The notes: a model not told the origin generated them from the sequence alone. DNA of 64,000 bases from Salinispira sp. (GCA_965602015.1 OZ271918.1:2432001-2496000); one strand, 5' to 3'; positions 31,080 to 41,218 are shown, numbered from the stretch's first letter. A program made the numbers and translations.

Positions 31080-32171
31080 TCAGACCCCGTTTATGGCCTC
31101 CCGAAAAACCTCGGCGCGCAGGGCGCTGACAATCGTGTTGTCCGCGGGGTAGTTCTCATCGGGCGGGAGCGTTCGGAACTCCTTTCCGCTCTTTTCGCTA
31201 AGATAATAAAGGTGCCCCGGCTGGGTCAAAAAAAAGAGCCGGGCGTCGCTGACTGGGCCGGGAAGAATACCCGTCGACTGACCGGTTCTCACCCTGCTGT
31301 AGAGCTCAAGGCTCTCCCGGAACCCCAGCAGCCGGCAGTTTGCCAGAGTGCCGAAGTCCCGCCACAAAAGATCCGCATATTCAATACCGCCGGTTTCCAC
31401 CGCTGCGCTTCGGGCTTCCCGTTCGTAGTGGATGAATTCACCGGCCACCAGGCGGAATTTCTCCATTTGATCAGCTTCAGTGAGTCCCAGCTGCCCTTCA
31501 ATGCTCAACAGATACACCTGGGCCAGGGACTCTTCACCGGATCCCCCGAAGGTGCTCAAGGTTAACCCCTCCCGCTGCGCGTGGGAGAGCACTTCTCCAA
31601 AACGGGAATCCCGGCTGAGCCGGGGAAGATGCAGCAGGGCTTCTGCCCTCATTCCGTTGCCGGTTTTATCGATCCGGGAGCGCAAATACCCCAAGTCCAT
31701 GCTCACCGCATACGAAAAATGCTTTTCAAGGATCCGGTCCGCCGACTCTAAACGGTGGGGTACCTCGTTTCCCGGGAATCCCGGATATGCTTCCTGGAAG
31801 ACCAGATGGTCCTCCCAATTCAGCAGAATCGATCGACTGCCGGACTCTTCGAAGACCAGGCGGCGGCCGGTCAGGTTCTGGTCATCCGCAGAAGAAGGCA
31901 GATACAGCTGCTCGGTGTACAGGCGCATTTCAAGGGACGAAAGGGACTGAAGCTCCCTTCCCTTCCACTGCCCGGGCAGATCCCGGATGGCGTCCTCACT
32001 TATTCGCAGCAGTTCGATCTTCTCGCCGCTTTCCATCATGCCGGGAAAGCAGAAATCCTGGCTGTTGCGCGAGAGGGTAAAACGGGTAAGAAGAACTACA
32101 TCGATATCCGGTCCGGAGTTGACCATCCATGTCGGGAGAAAGTCTCCGGCGTTTGTGAACCGATTATTCAT
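31080..32171 (-). CDS. mcsB: McsB-like ATP:guanido phosphotransferase family protein (divergent)
   Basis: DVVLLTRFTLSRN, NWEDHL, GYL...GMRAEALLHLP, TQPGHL, RAEVFRE; lies between mcsA and clpC. Confidence 0.8.
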   Translation of the reverse strand: MNNRFTNAGDFLPTWMVNSGPDIDVVLLTRFTLSRNSQDFCFPGMMESGEKIELLRISEDAIRDLPGQWKGRELQSLSSLEMRLYTEQLYLPSSADDQNLTGRRLVFEESGSRSILLNWEDHLVFQEAYPGFPGNEVPHRLESADRILEKHFSYAVSMDLGYLRSRIDKTGNGMRAEALLHLPRLSRDSRFGEVLSHAQREGLTLSTFGGSGEESLAQVYLLSIEGQLGLTEADQMEKFRLVAGEFIHYEREARSAAVETGGIEYADLLWRDFGTLANCRLLGFRESLELYSRVRTGQSTGILPGPVSDARLFFLTQPGHLYYLSEKSGKEFRTLPPDENYPADNTIVSALRAEVFREAINGV

Positions 32172-32727
32172 CGAATTCCCCGGTTGACGGCATTTCTCCG
32201 GATTCATCGAGGGCGGCAATCATGGACCTGAGGCGGGCTGCTTCTTCATAGTCCTCCCGCTGCACTGCCGACTCGAGGCGCTGCTGCAGTTCGGGTTTTT
32301 CGATCAGGAGACTGCGGACCTGCTGCAGGCTTTTTGGCAGCTTGCCCCGGTGAGCGATTCGGGAACCGGTCCGTCGGAGCAGGGCGTCGATGTCCGCTTT
32401 GAACACATCATAGCAGCTGCTGCAGCCCGCCCGTCCGCTTCGGCGCAAATCGGCAAAACTGGTCCCGCACCGGGAGCACAGCTGGTTATCCCGGGGACCG
32501 ACTCCCGCGGGATCCAGCACAGCGGCAAACAAATCCCCGACCCGGGGAGCTATTCGGGTGTCGACCCGCTCGATGCCCAGGATGTTCATACAATCGGGGC
32601 AGAGACTCATGCGCTGTTCTTTTTTCCCGAGATACTGGGTAATCTCCACCAGGGAATCTTCCTTGCCGCACATATCGCAGCTTCCCCTGAGTTCCGAGCT
32701 TTCATTTCGGGTTTCCGAATTTTCCAG
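32164..32727 (-). CDS. mcsA: McsA (CxxC motifs plus UvrB/C motif), probable CTG start
   Basis: CDMC, CPDC, CSRC, GCSSCY, HRGKLP, EDYEEAARLR. An in-frame CTG at 32727 lies 5 nt after AAGGAGG. Confidence 0.85.
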   Translation of the reverse strand: MENSETRNESSELRGSCDMCGKEDSLVEITQYLGKKEQRMSLCPDCMNILGIERVDTRIAPRVGDLFAAVLDPAGVGPRDNQLCSRCGTSFADLRRSGRAGCSSCYDVFKADIDALLRRTGSRIAHRGKLPKSLQQVRSLLIEKPELQQRLESAVQREDYEEAARLRSMIAALDESGEMPSTGEFDE

Positions 32728-32765
32728 GGATTCCTCCTTGCTTCTCTCCGGAGTGAACTCCGGCC

Positions 32766-34151
32766 TTAATGGCGGTGCAAAAGCTCCAGGGGTTTAGTGC
32801 GCACGGCCCTCCTGGCGGGAAGCACCGACATCGTCAGGCTTAAAAAAAGCGACACCACCGCCATGACGGCAATATCGAAAAAGCGGATACTTACGGGAAT
32901 TCTGCTCAGGTAAAAATCAGGGTTGAACAGTTCCAGAGGGACGTAGCCTTCACCGGGATTAAACAGCACGGTGCTGATGTAGCCCAGGCCGTTGATGCTG
33001 CGCTCCATGATTGAGATAATCACATTTACATTATACGCCGCCAAAACACCCAGGGACAAACCCGTCAGGGTGCCCATGGCTCCGATCAGTCCTCCGCCGA
33101 GGATAAAGACCTCCAGAATATGCTTGTTTTCCCAGCCCATGGCCTTGAGCATGGCCACTTCTTCCTGTTTTTCCAGGACAAGCATAATCATCGTCGAACT
33201 GATATTTACCGCAGCCACCAGAACGATGAGTACCATGATAAACAGTAACAGATTCCGGGTGGTAATAAAGCTCATGTACTGACTGCGTTCAAGCTCGAAC
33301 CAGCTGTACAGGCGCCAGTTGCTGTCGATAATGCCGCGTATGTCCTCGAGAATTGAGGGCTCAGCGTCCCGATCGGCCTCAGAGCGGGTATCGATTTGCA
33401 CAAAACCCAGGCTTGCCGCCGAAGGTTCAACAGAAAACGGGTCGTCAATCTTTATACCGATGAGTTCCCGGGCTTCCCCGGGGGCGATGATCCTCAAGGC
33501 ATCCTCGGCGGACACAAAGACCCAGAGGGCGTCCAGTTCGCGGTAGCCGCTGGAGACTACGGCTCGTACGGTGAAACGGCTAACCCGGGGCAGCGAACGC
33601 TCGGAGGTTCCGCTTCGGGCGGTGATCATCCGGACCCGATCGCCTACGGAAATCCCCAGGGTAGACGCCAGGTTTTCGCCGATGAGAATGGACCGTTCGG
33701 TCGCCAGATCGAACTCGCCCTCAATGACGTGCATGTAGCGTCTGAACCCCGGGTCGGCGCCGTACATGGCCGGATCGATTCCCCGCACCTGTACGCCGTT
33801 ATGACCCCGACCTCCGGCCAGAAGCGCGAGACCCTGTACCTCCGGGAATGCTGAGCGGACTCCGGGAACCCGATTAATCTCGCCGATGAGTTCGCCCATT
33901 TCCGAAAGGGTGCTTCGGCCGCGGGCTGCCAGTTGGAGGTGGTAGGTGCCGGTTTCGAGAAAGCGCGCGGTAATGCCGCTGATCATGCCGTTGGCCACCA
34001 CAAAGACCACCACCAGGGGAATGAGGCTCAGGGCTATGCCGGTAACTCCTCCCCGGACCCGTCGGAACCTTCGGTTTCGGCTTCCGGAATCGCCGATCCT
34101 TCCGAAGAGAAACCGCAGGGTCACCTTCCACACAAGGGACAGTTGATTCAC
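32766..34151 (-). CDS. LolC/E (FtsX/MacB-family) ABC transporter permease
   Basis: TM1, periplasmic domain, IVLVAAVNI, EVAMLKAMG, PARRA..P.E.L. Confidence 0.88.
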   Translation of the reverse strand: MNQLSLVWKVTLRFLFGRIGDSGSRNRRFRRVRGGVTGIALSLIPLVVVFVVANGMISGITARFLETGTYHLQLAARGRSTLSEMGELIGEINRVPGVRSAFPEVQGLALLAGGRGHNGVQVRGIDPAMYGADPGFRRYMHVIEGEFDLATERSILIGENLASTLGISVGDRVRMITARSGTSERSLPRVSRFTVRAVVSSGYRELDALWVFVSAEDALRIIAPGEARELIGIKIDDPFSVEPSAASLGFVQIDTRSEADRDAEPSILEDIRGIIDSNWRLYSWFELERSQYMSFITTRNLLLFIMVLIVLVAAVNISSTMIMLVLEKQEEVAMLKAMGWENKHILEVFILGGGLIGAMGTLTGLSLGVLAAYNVNVIISIMERSINGLGYISTVLFNPGEGYVPLELFNPDFYLSRIPVSIRFFDIAVMAVVSLFLSLTMSVLPARRAVRTKPLELLHRH

Positions 34152-34831
34152 TGGAGTCTCCCGGCGCTCAGAACCAGATGCCGATCGCCCATGGATGCGA
34201 GCCGGCTGTCATGGGTGACGATGATCATGGTTCTGCCCTGTTCTCGGACCAGCTCGAACAGCAATGCTTCTATTTCCCGGCTTCTCTGTTCGTCCAGGGA
34301 GCCCGTCGGTTCGTCGGCGAGGATGAGATCGGGGTCATTAATGAGAGCCCGGGCAATGGCGACCCGCTGCCGCTCACCTCCCGACAACTGATAGGGATAG
34401 TGATTCATCCGGTCATCCAGCCCAAGCCTGTTGAGCAGCGCCGCAGCCTTGTCGCGGGCAACCTGGGGATCCTCGCCGGCGATCATCGCCGGAAGGGCGC
34501 TGTTTTCCACTGCGGAGAAATCCCGCAACAGGTGGTGAAATTGAAAAATAAAGCCGAGGTTGCGCTGACGGTACTCGAAAAGCTGGGACTCCCGTATTGA
34601 GGATACTTCGGTGTTCGCCACCCGGAGAAAACCCGAATCGGCGCTGTCCAGGCCGCCCAGAATATTGAGAAGGGTGGTTTTGCCCGAACCGCTCTCTCCG
34701 GTAATAATCAGAATTTCCCCGGCTGCCATGTTCAGCTCGAGACCGTCGAGAATTTTTATTTCCGACCCGCCGTTGCCGTAGGCCTTGGTCAGGCCGTCAA
34801 TCTCTACAAAAGCCCGATGTTCATTCGTCAT
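34148..34831 (-). CDS. lolD: LolD-like ABC transporter ATP-binding protein
   Basis: GESGSGKT, GFIFQFHHLL, LSGGERQR, ADEPTG, VTHD. Confidence 0.85.
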   Translation of the reverse strand: MTNEHRAFVEIDGLTKAYGNGGSEIKILDGLELNMAAGEILIITGESGSGKTTLLNILGGLDSADSGFLRVANTEVSSIRESQLFEYRQRNLGFIFQFHHLLRDFSAVENSALPAMIAGEDPQVARDKAAALLNRLGLDDRMNHYPYQLSGGERQRVAIARALINDPDLILADEPTGSLDEQRSREIEALLFELVREQGRTMIIVTHDSRLASMGDRHLVLSAGRLQ

Positions 34832-36086
34832 TGAGTACCTCCCGGGGTTTCAGGCCGGCAATGCGGCCCGACGCGGCGTATGCCGAGATTGTTGCTGATG
34901 CGAAGGATAAGAGGGCAATGAGTATCACTTCAGATGCGATGAGACGGCTGGGGACTTCCTGGAGATAGAAATAGCTCGGAGAAAAGATGCTGAAATTTCC
35001 CCTCCCGGCCGTAAAGTTCACCACCCACTCAATGGCCTCGAAAATCCCGTTTATGTTACCTGCGATAAGAACACCGAGCACTGCGCCGATTACCGAGCCG
35101 ATAGCCCCGATGAGCAGCCCTTCGAGAACAAAAATCCGTCGAACATCCCGGTCCGAGCCTCCCATCACCTTGATAACGGCGATATCCTCCAAATGTTCGT
35201 GAACTGAACGGCGCAGACCCTGGAAAATATTGACCCCCACTACCAGGAAAATCAGGCCGACCAAAAAGGACATCATGGCCTTTTCCACCCGCAGGGCGCC
35301 GAAAATGCTTCGGTTATACTCCCGCCAGCTTTGTATGGTTTCCGGTTCGATATCCGGTAAAGCCGAGCTGATTTCCCGTATGGCGGCGATGTCCCGGTTG
35401 CGGTCGGAAATCTTCACTGCGACTTCCCGTCTGAACGCAGCATCAAGGTCCCGGGCTGCGGTATCCAGGGTGATAAATCCCCATCCGCGATCGAATTCGT
35501 AGTACCCGCTCTCGAACAGGGCCACCACCTCGAACTCGATGCTCACCGGCTGCCGCACGTCGAGCTGTTCTCCGCCGAGACTCAATACCGACAAGTAGTC
35601 TCCGGTCTGAACCCCGAGGAAACGGGCGAGCTCCCGACCCAGAATTACCTGCCTGTCCTGCAGCTCGATGCCCGAGGGCAGGCCGAGGCGGGACATGTAT
35701 TCGATGTTCTCCCGGTACAGCCGGGAATCAAACGCCTTTATAAGCATGGCCTGGCTTCCGCTGAAATAGCCCTCGACGAGCGCCTGGGTCTCAATGACGT
35801 CTTCGGCCATTTCGACCGAGCGCAAGGAACGCAGGCGTTCAGCCAGGTTATCCGGTATGCCCGTTTCGCCGTCGTTGGTGATTCTCAGATGGAAACTATT
35901 AATCTCGATGAGGTCTTCAATGGTATTCAACTGAAACCCGTTCATGACGGATATGACCGTCACCAGGGTGAGCACCCCCATGGCGAGACCAAAAATCGAC
36001 AAAAGGGCGGTTATTGAGCTGCGGGAGCGTCGACGGGATTTCATCAAACGCCGGGCTACAAAGAAAATCCATGTTCGGCGCTTCAT
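34821..36086 (-). CDS. LolC/E ABC transporter permease
   Basis: GLAMGV...VISVMNGF, SWREYNRSIFGALRVEK; lolC-lolD-lolE arrangement. Confidence 0.9.
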   Translation of the reverse strand: MKRRTWIFFVARRLMKSRRRSRSSITALLSIFGLAMGVLTLVTVISVMNGFQLNTIEDLIEINSFHLRITNDGETGIPDNLAERLRSLRSVEMAEDVIETQALVEGYFSGSQAMLIKAFDSRLYRENIEYMSRLGLPSGIELQDRQVILGRELARFLGVQTGDYLSVLSLGGEQLDVRQPVSIEFEVVALFESGYYEFDRGWGFITLDTAARDLDAAFRREVAVKISDRNRDIAAIREISSALPDIEPETIQSWREYNRSIFGALRVEKAMMSFLVGLIFLVVGVNIFQGLRRSVHEHLEDIAVIKVMGGSDRDVRRIFVLEGLLIGAIGSVIGAVLGVLIAGNINGIFEAIEWVVNFTAGRGNFSIFSPSYFYLQEVPSRLIASEVILIALLSFASATISAYAASGRIAGLKPREVLNDE

Positions 36087-37336
36087 TCAGCATCCCCCTG
36101 GTAGGTTCTGCGCCGTATCACCTCGCCGTTCAAGAGCTCCTCCTCCGCCTGCCTCGTTCCGTCAATATAAATAATCCGCAAAACGGCCTCGCCCCGCAGG
36201 TACCGGGTTTCCACCCGGCGGTTACCCTCGATATTTTGGGTGCTCAGCAGGATTCCGTTTTGCCGGGTGCTCAGCGCCGAGAGTTCGTCATCCCGGTAGT
36301 CGTACAGTGTTTCAAAGAGACCCAGGGCACTGGTGAAGCGCTCGCTGACGATTTGCCCGTCGTCCCGGTATTCGAACTCCCGCTCCTGGCGCGAGCCGTC
36401 GGCCCCGATCAGGACAGAAGAAAGTATCCGGTTATCCGGATCATACAGCCGGGTTTCCCTCGAACCGCTGATAAAGCTCTCGGCTTCTTCGCGGGAGCCG
36501 TCGTCCCGGTATGACACGCTGACGCTGCCGGACACTGCGCTCCGGGTAACCAGCCTGCCCCGGTTGTCGAACCGGCGGTACTCGGGAATGCTCTGCCCTC
36601 CGTCGGACCACAGCTCTATGACTCCCCGTTCGCCTTCATCCAACAACGAAAATCTTCGGCTCCCAGCGGTGGTGTCCACCACGCGCTGATACAGCCGCCG
36701 CTCTTCTCCGTAGAAATACCGGGTACTGCTCAGCCACTCTCCCCGGTTATTCCATTCAATTCGGGCGAGAATTACCCGGCTTGTTACCCGGTCATCCGAC
36801 CCGGATATGCTGCCCCAGCGGAGGAAGGGAAACCCCGGACCCCGCAGCGAAGTTCCATCGCTTGAAGCAGGCGGCAGCTCTCCGTAAAGCTCAATGCCGC
36901 CGCCCTGAACGGCCGGGATTCGGGACTCCCCGTTCCGCCGCCAAAAAACCACAAACCTCACAAGGGGGTTACGGTGAACAGGCAGATCCTCCAGCCCCAA
37001 AATCTCAGCCGGAGCGCCGACGGTCCAGATTTCCCCAATGCCCGGTTCGCTTTCGGCGTCGTCTCCTGACAGGCCGGTCCATAGCCCCGGCGATGGACCG
37101 GGGCCGGGAAATACCTCCGGCAGATCGGACGCGCCGGATTCCAGTGCCGAGGAAAAAATAAAGAGATCCTCCGCGCGCCGCAGGCCGTATTCCGGGCGTA
37201 TGCCGAGATTTCTCAATCGTGTAAGAATCTCCGGGAGATCCGGAGCCTCAACGCCGATTTGGGCCGAAAGACGAGATGGATAAAGAAACAGCAGGAACAG
37301 GGCTCCGAAGAACCAGAGCCGGCGGGTATTCGCCAC
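36083..37336 (-). CDS. Hypothetical exported protein with YD-like beta repeats in the C-terminal half
   Basis: Signal peptide; repeated FDNRGR, YRDDGS, YDPDNR, YRDDGQ, YRDDEL; stop overlaps the lolC-like start. Confidence 0.7.
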   Translation of the reverse strand: MANTRRLWFFGALFLLFLYPSRLSAQIGVEAPDLPEILTRLRNLGIRPEYGLRRAEDLFIFSSALESGASDLPEVFPGPGPSPGLWTGLSGDDAESEPGIGEIWTVGAPAEILGLEDLPVHRNPLVRFVVFWRRNGESRIPAVQGGGIELYGELPPASSDGTSLRGPGFPFLRWGSISGSDDRVTSRVILARIEWNNRGEWLSSTRYFYGEERRLYQRVVDTTAGSRRFSLLDEGERGVIELWSDGGQSIPEYRRFDNRGRLVTRSAVSGSVSVSYRDDGSREEAESFISGSRETRLYDPDNRILSSVLIGADGSRQEREFEYRDDGQIVSERFTSALGLFETLYDYRDDELSALSTRQNGILLSTQNIEGNRRVETRYLRGEAVLRIIYIDGTRQAEEELLNGEVIRRRTYQGDAE

Positions 37337-37342
37337 GAAGAC

Positions 37343-38236
37343 CTATCCCTCTCCACCGTCGATGGAAGCCATTATATTGCGCACCAAAAGATCCGGATCG
37401 AATTTGCCGATATCCCCATAAGACTCTCCGGTTCCCATGTAGGCGAAGGGAATGCCCAATTGCCGGGAGATGCTTAAGGCCAGCCCGCCCCGGGCCCGGG
37501 AATCGTATTTGCTGAGGATTATACCGTCCACCCCGAGGGCTTCATGAAAAACCTCGGCCTGCTGAATGCCGTTTTGCCCGGTTGTGGCATCTATCACCAG
37601 GAGTTTTCTGTAGGCCGCATCGGCTATCCGGGACCGGATCACCTTGTCTATTTTTTGAAGTTCTTTTACCAATTGTGATTTGTTATGCATTCGCCCCGCG
37701 GTGTCGGCCATAACGATGTTCTCCTTACCGCTGAAGGCGCTTTCCACGGCGTCATAAATGACCGCAGAGGGGTCAGCGCCCTGCCCCTGCTGCACAATCC
37801 GAAGCCCGAGACGGGAAGCGTGAATGCCCAGCTGCTCCACCGCCGCTGCCCTGAATGTATCGCCGGCGGCAAACGCTATGCTCTCACCGGCATCCTTCCA
37901 TCGGCGGGCGAGTTTGGCCATGGACGTGGTCTTCCCCACGCCGTTTACCCCGAGAAAGAGATATACCGCCCGCTCCCCGGGCTGGGGATCCAAGTCAGCG
38001 CTTACAATCACATCGCGAAGCCTTTGGGTCATAAAGGCTTCAAGATCTTCGCTGTTTTTGATTCTGCTGGATGTTGCGGCTTCCCGGATTTCTTCGGAAA
38101 TTTCCATGGCGATCCGCGCGCCGATATCCGACTCAATCATCCGGTCTTCAAGCTTTTCGTAAAACTCTTCGTGATCCAGCCCGATTGCAAAAAGCTGCCG
38201 GATTTTCCGGCCGATCTTCATCTTTTTTTTAAACAT
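37343..38236 (-). CDS. ftsY: Signal recognition particle receptor FtsY
   Basis: GVNGVGKTT, DTFRAAA, DTAGR, DATTGQN, SKYD. Confidence 0.96.
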   Translation of the reverse strand: MFKKKMKIGRKIRQLFAIGLDHEEFYEKLEDRMIESDIGARIAMEISEEIREAATSSRIKNSEDLEAFMTQRLRDVIVSADLDPQPGERAVYLFLGVNGVGKTTSMAKLARRWKDAGESIAFAAGDTFRAAAVEQLGIHASRLGLRIVQQGQGADPSAVIYDAVESAFSGKENIVMADTAGRMHNKSQLVKELQKIDKVIRSRIADAAYRKLLVIDATTGQNGIQQAEVFHEALGVDGIILSKYDSRARGGLALSISRQLGIPFAYMGTGESYGDIGKFDPDLLVRNIMASIDGGEG

Positions 38237-38255
38237 ACAACCTCGATACGCGTCG

Positions 38256-39674
38256 TCAGGGGGCGTTAATTACTCCCCGGGCCCGCTCTGCAGTCTCGAG
38301 ATACCTGAAGAGCTGCTCAACGGTGTCCGCCAGACCGAGCAGGGTTACCAAAAGACCGGTAACGGTGACGCTTTGGGTGATTTTTACCGTCCGATCCAAA
38401 CGGGTGAACTCCTCGGCGTTTATGGCGCTGAAATCCGAGGCAAGGTAATTCCTGCTGATACCGTTGCTCACCAGGGGAACGATGGCACTGACCAGGGTAA
38501 AACCGAGACTGCGGTAGAAATCCCGACGGTCCCTCTCCATCTGTCCGCGCCAGTCTACCACATCAGGAGGGATTTGGTACCGGGTAAAATCGGGGGTTTG
38601 GGAATCAATGAGGATATACCATTGTCCCACGCCAAAACCCTGAAGCTGAAGATATTCCGGGTTTTCCGGACGACGCACCCGCAGGGGGGTGAATCCGAGA
38701 AAACTGCTGTCGGCAAAAACCGATAATCCCTGGGGAACCGTGGAGATCATAAGCCAATCGGGGGTCTCATCCGGGGGAACAAAGGAAACCGGCGTCACCT
38801 GCCCGTCGGAAACGCCGATTTGCCGGTTAAATACCCGGTCGACTCCCCGGTATATTTCAAGCAGATGCTCGCCCTCAGGCACGATATGAATAAAATCCGG
38901 CCGGTTTCCCCGGTACTGCCCATCCAGATAGACCCGGGAGGGCAAATCGTCGGTCCATTCAACGGAAATGCTGCCCGCCGGGCCATTATACAGCGCCTTT
39001 CCCAGATCGGTCTCGATATACTCACCGATGCTGCTCAGCGCTTCAATGCTGCGGATTCCGATTCGCTGAGAATGAATGACGGCGCCGCGGCCGAAAACCG
39101 CCTCAGCCGGACTGATAAGAAGCAATTCAAAAATAACGTACTGTTCCCGGACAAAGACGCTCCCGCTGATAAAAAGGTCCGCTGATGTCTGTTCCGCAAG
39201 GGCGAGAAGCAGACCGGCATCAATGGCATCCCCCTTTTCCAGATAGGCCCTGACTGATCGATGAAAGAGGGCCTTTAAATGACTGCCGGGGAATGAAACC
39301 GGTTCAATCACCAGGTTTCGAAATTCCGGCGGATCGAGGGTGCCTTCGGGATCGAAGGAAAGGGCCTCCGTGTACGCTTGCTGATCCGCCGCACTGAGTA
39401 GACGCCCGGGCCCCCGTGAAAGCCGCTCGCGAATAACCAGGGGCAGGCTCTCAACCAGGGGTGCGGTCCGCAGGGGTTCGCCGTCTTCCGCGGCAAAGGG
39501 CAGAATAGCAACCCGCAGGGGCCGCTGATACTCCTCCAGCTGGGCTTCGTTGGCCTGAAATTCAACAGCGGGAGTCTGACCGCGGAGATCCTCCGTGACC
39601 ACAAGGGCCAGGAGAAGTACAATGAGCGCCGCAGCCCACCTGCGCGTTGTTGCGATAACACCGGGACTGATCAT
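38256..39674 (-). CDS. Exported PEGA-domain protein with C-terminal TM helices
   Basis: VYLDGQYRG and STVPQGLSVFADSSFLGFTPL PEGA-like motifs; signal peptide. Confidence 0.75.
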   Translation of the reverse strand: MISPGVIATTRRWAAALIVLLLALVVTEDLRGQTPAVEFQANEAQLEEYQRPLRVAILPFAAEDGEPLRTAPLVESLPLVIRERLSRGPGRLLSAADQQAYTEALSFDPEGTLDPPEFRNLVIEPVSFPGSHLKALFHRSVRAYLEKGDAIDAGLLLALAEQTSADLFISGSVFVREQYVIFELLLISPAEAVFGRGAVIHSQRIGIRSIEALSSIGEYIETDLGKALYNGPAGSISVEWTDDLPSRVYLDGQYRGNRPDFIHIVPEGEHLLEIYRGVDRVFNRQIGVSDGQVTPVSFVPPDETPDWLMISTVPQGLSVFADSSFLGFTPLRVRRPENPEYLQLQGFGVGQWYILIDSQTPDFTRYQIPPDVVDWRGQMERDRRDFYRSLGFTLVSAIVPLVSNGISRNYLASDFSAINAEEFTRLDRTVKITQSVTVTGLLVTLLGLADTVEQLFRYLETAERARGVINAP

Positions 39675-40033
39675 GAGACCATATCTGCCCTTCTGAGGGC
39701 GTCTTCAACCCGCTCGGGGATGAACGGTTTGACGATGTAATCCCGAGCGCCGATGTTTAGCGCCCGGATGATGATGTCCTCTTCGTCGATGGTGCTGCAC
39801 ATTATTACCCGGGCGTTTTTATCTCTCTGCAGAATTTCCCGCAAGGCGGAAATGCCGTCCATTACGGGCATATTGATGTCCATGATTACCAGAGAGCCGG
39901 GATTTTCGAGGTACCGTCGGATGGCCTGCCTTCCGTCTGAAGCCTCGGCGGTCACGGGATATCCGGCGGACTCCACCGCGCTTTTTAGCAGGAACCTCAT
40001 AAAGGGAAGGTCATCAACGATAATCACATTCAT
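39671..40033 (-). CDS. CheY-like single-domain response regulator
   Basis: IVDDLPFMR, MDINMPVMDG, VIMCS, YIVKPF. Confidence 0.92.
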   Translation of the reverse strand: MNVIIVDDLPFMRFLLKSAVESAGYPVTAEASDGRQAIRRYLENPGSLVIMDINMPVMDGISALREILQRDKNARVIMCSTIDEEDIIIRALNIGARDYIVKPFIPERVEDALRRADMVS

Positions 40034-40054
40034 GGACTGTTCTCCGGGCGGGGT

Positions 40055-41156
40055 TTATTCGGCATCCCACCCCAGTTTAAGGTAGGATTCGATAAAATCG
40101 TCCAGATTTCCGTCCATCACCGATTGAATATTGCCGGTTTCGGTCTTGGTTCGGGCATCTTTTACCATGGTGTAGGGCTGAAATACATATGACCGAATTT
40201 GGCTGCCCCATGAAATATCCTTTTTCTCGGCGGCATTTTCCTGTTTTTCCGCCTCCTGTTTTTCAAGGTAATAATCGTAAAGCCGGCTTTTTAGCATTTT
40301 CATCGCCCGATCCTTGTTTTTATGCTGTGACCGTTCGTTCTGACATTGCACAACGATACCGGTTTCCAGATGGGTGATGCGAACCGCCGAATCGGTTTTA
40401 TTGACGTGCTGGCCTCCGGCGCCTCCGGCCCGGTACGTGTCTACCCGAATATCTTCCGGGGAGATATCCACCTGAATGTCATCGTCGATGACAGGCGACG
40501 CATAAACCGAGGCAAAGGACGTATGGCGACGTCCGGAGGAATCGAAGGGAGATATTCTTACAAGACGGTGTACCCCGGTTTCGCCTTTGAGGTACCCGTA
40601 GGCATAGGGACCGTCCAGCTGAAGGGTGACGGATTTAATCCCGCCCTCTGCATCCTGGAGATCAAGGGTGGAGATTTTATACCCCTTGGTTTCAGACCAT
40701 CGGGTGTACATCCGAAGAAGCATGCTGACCCAATCGCAGGCTTCCGTCCCGCCGGCTCCCGAGTGGATCGTCAGATAACAGCTGGCAGCGTCGTTTTCTC
40801 CGGACAATAGCTCGAGCACCCTGAGCTTTTCATATCGGCCCCGGTGTTTTTCCAGCAGGGATGAAATTTCTTCTTCCATGCTCTGGTCATCCTCGGCCTT
40901 TGCCAGCTCCAGAAGATCAGAGAGATCTTCAATTTCTGAAGACAGCTCTTCCCAGGGCTCGTAGCGCCCCCGAAGCTGCTTGATTTCGGTCATTATTTTT
41001 TCGGCATTGTCCCGATCATTCCAGAACTCCGGATCAGCCGTCCGGGCCTCCAATTCGGCGACCCGTTGTTTTATGGCATCCGAGTCAAAGATGCCTCCAG
41101 GTATCGAAGATTAATTCCTGCAGCTCCCGCACCGGAGCTTGTAATTCGTCAAGCAT
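40055..41156 (-). CDS. prfB: Peptide chain release factor 2 with programmed +1 frameshift
   Basis: SPF and GGQ motifs. A 23-codon first ORF from ATG 41156 ends GGAGG-CAT-CTT-TGA-C (41098-41084); the +1 frame continues DSDAIKQRVAELEART. Confidence 0.96.
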
Positions 41157-41218
41157 GATGTCCTCGCTTTTTATATCTATAGACAACGGTAAAATTGCCG
41201 ATTATTGTAACAGAAGCC

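Noticed and set aside
32727..32766. CtsR box or ctsR gene upstream of mcsA
   Set aside because: No GGTCAAA direct repeat and no room for a gene; mcsA directly follows the ABC permease.
40055..41053. prfB appearing N-terminally truncated
   Set aside because: Explained by the programmed +1 frameshift; not a pseudogene.
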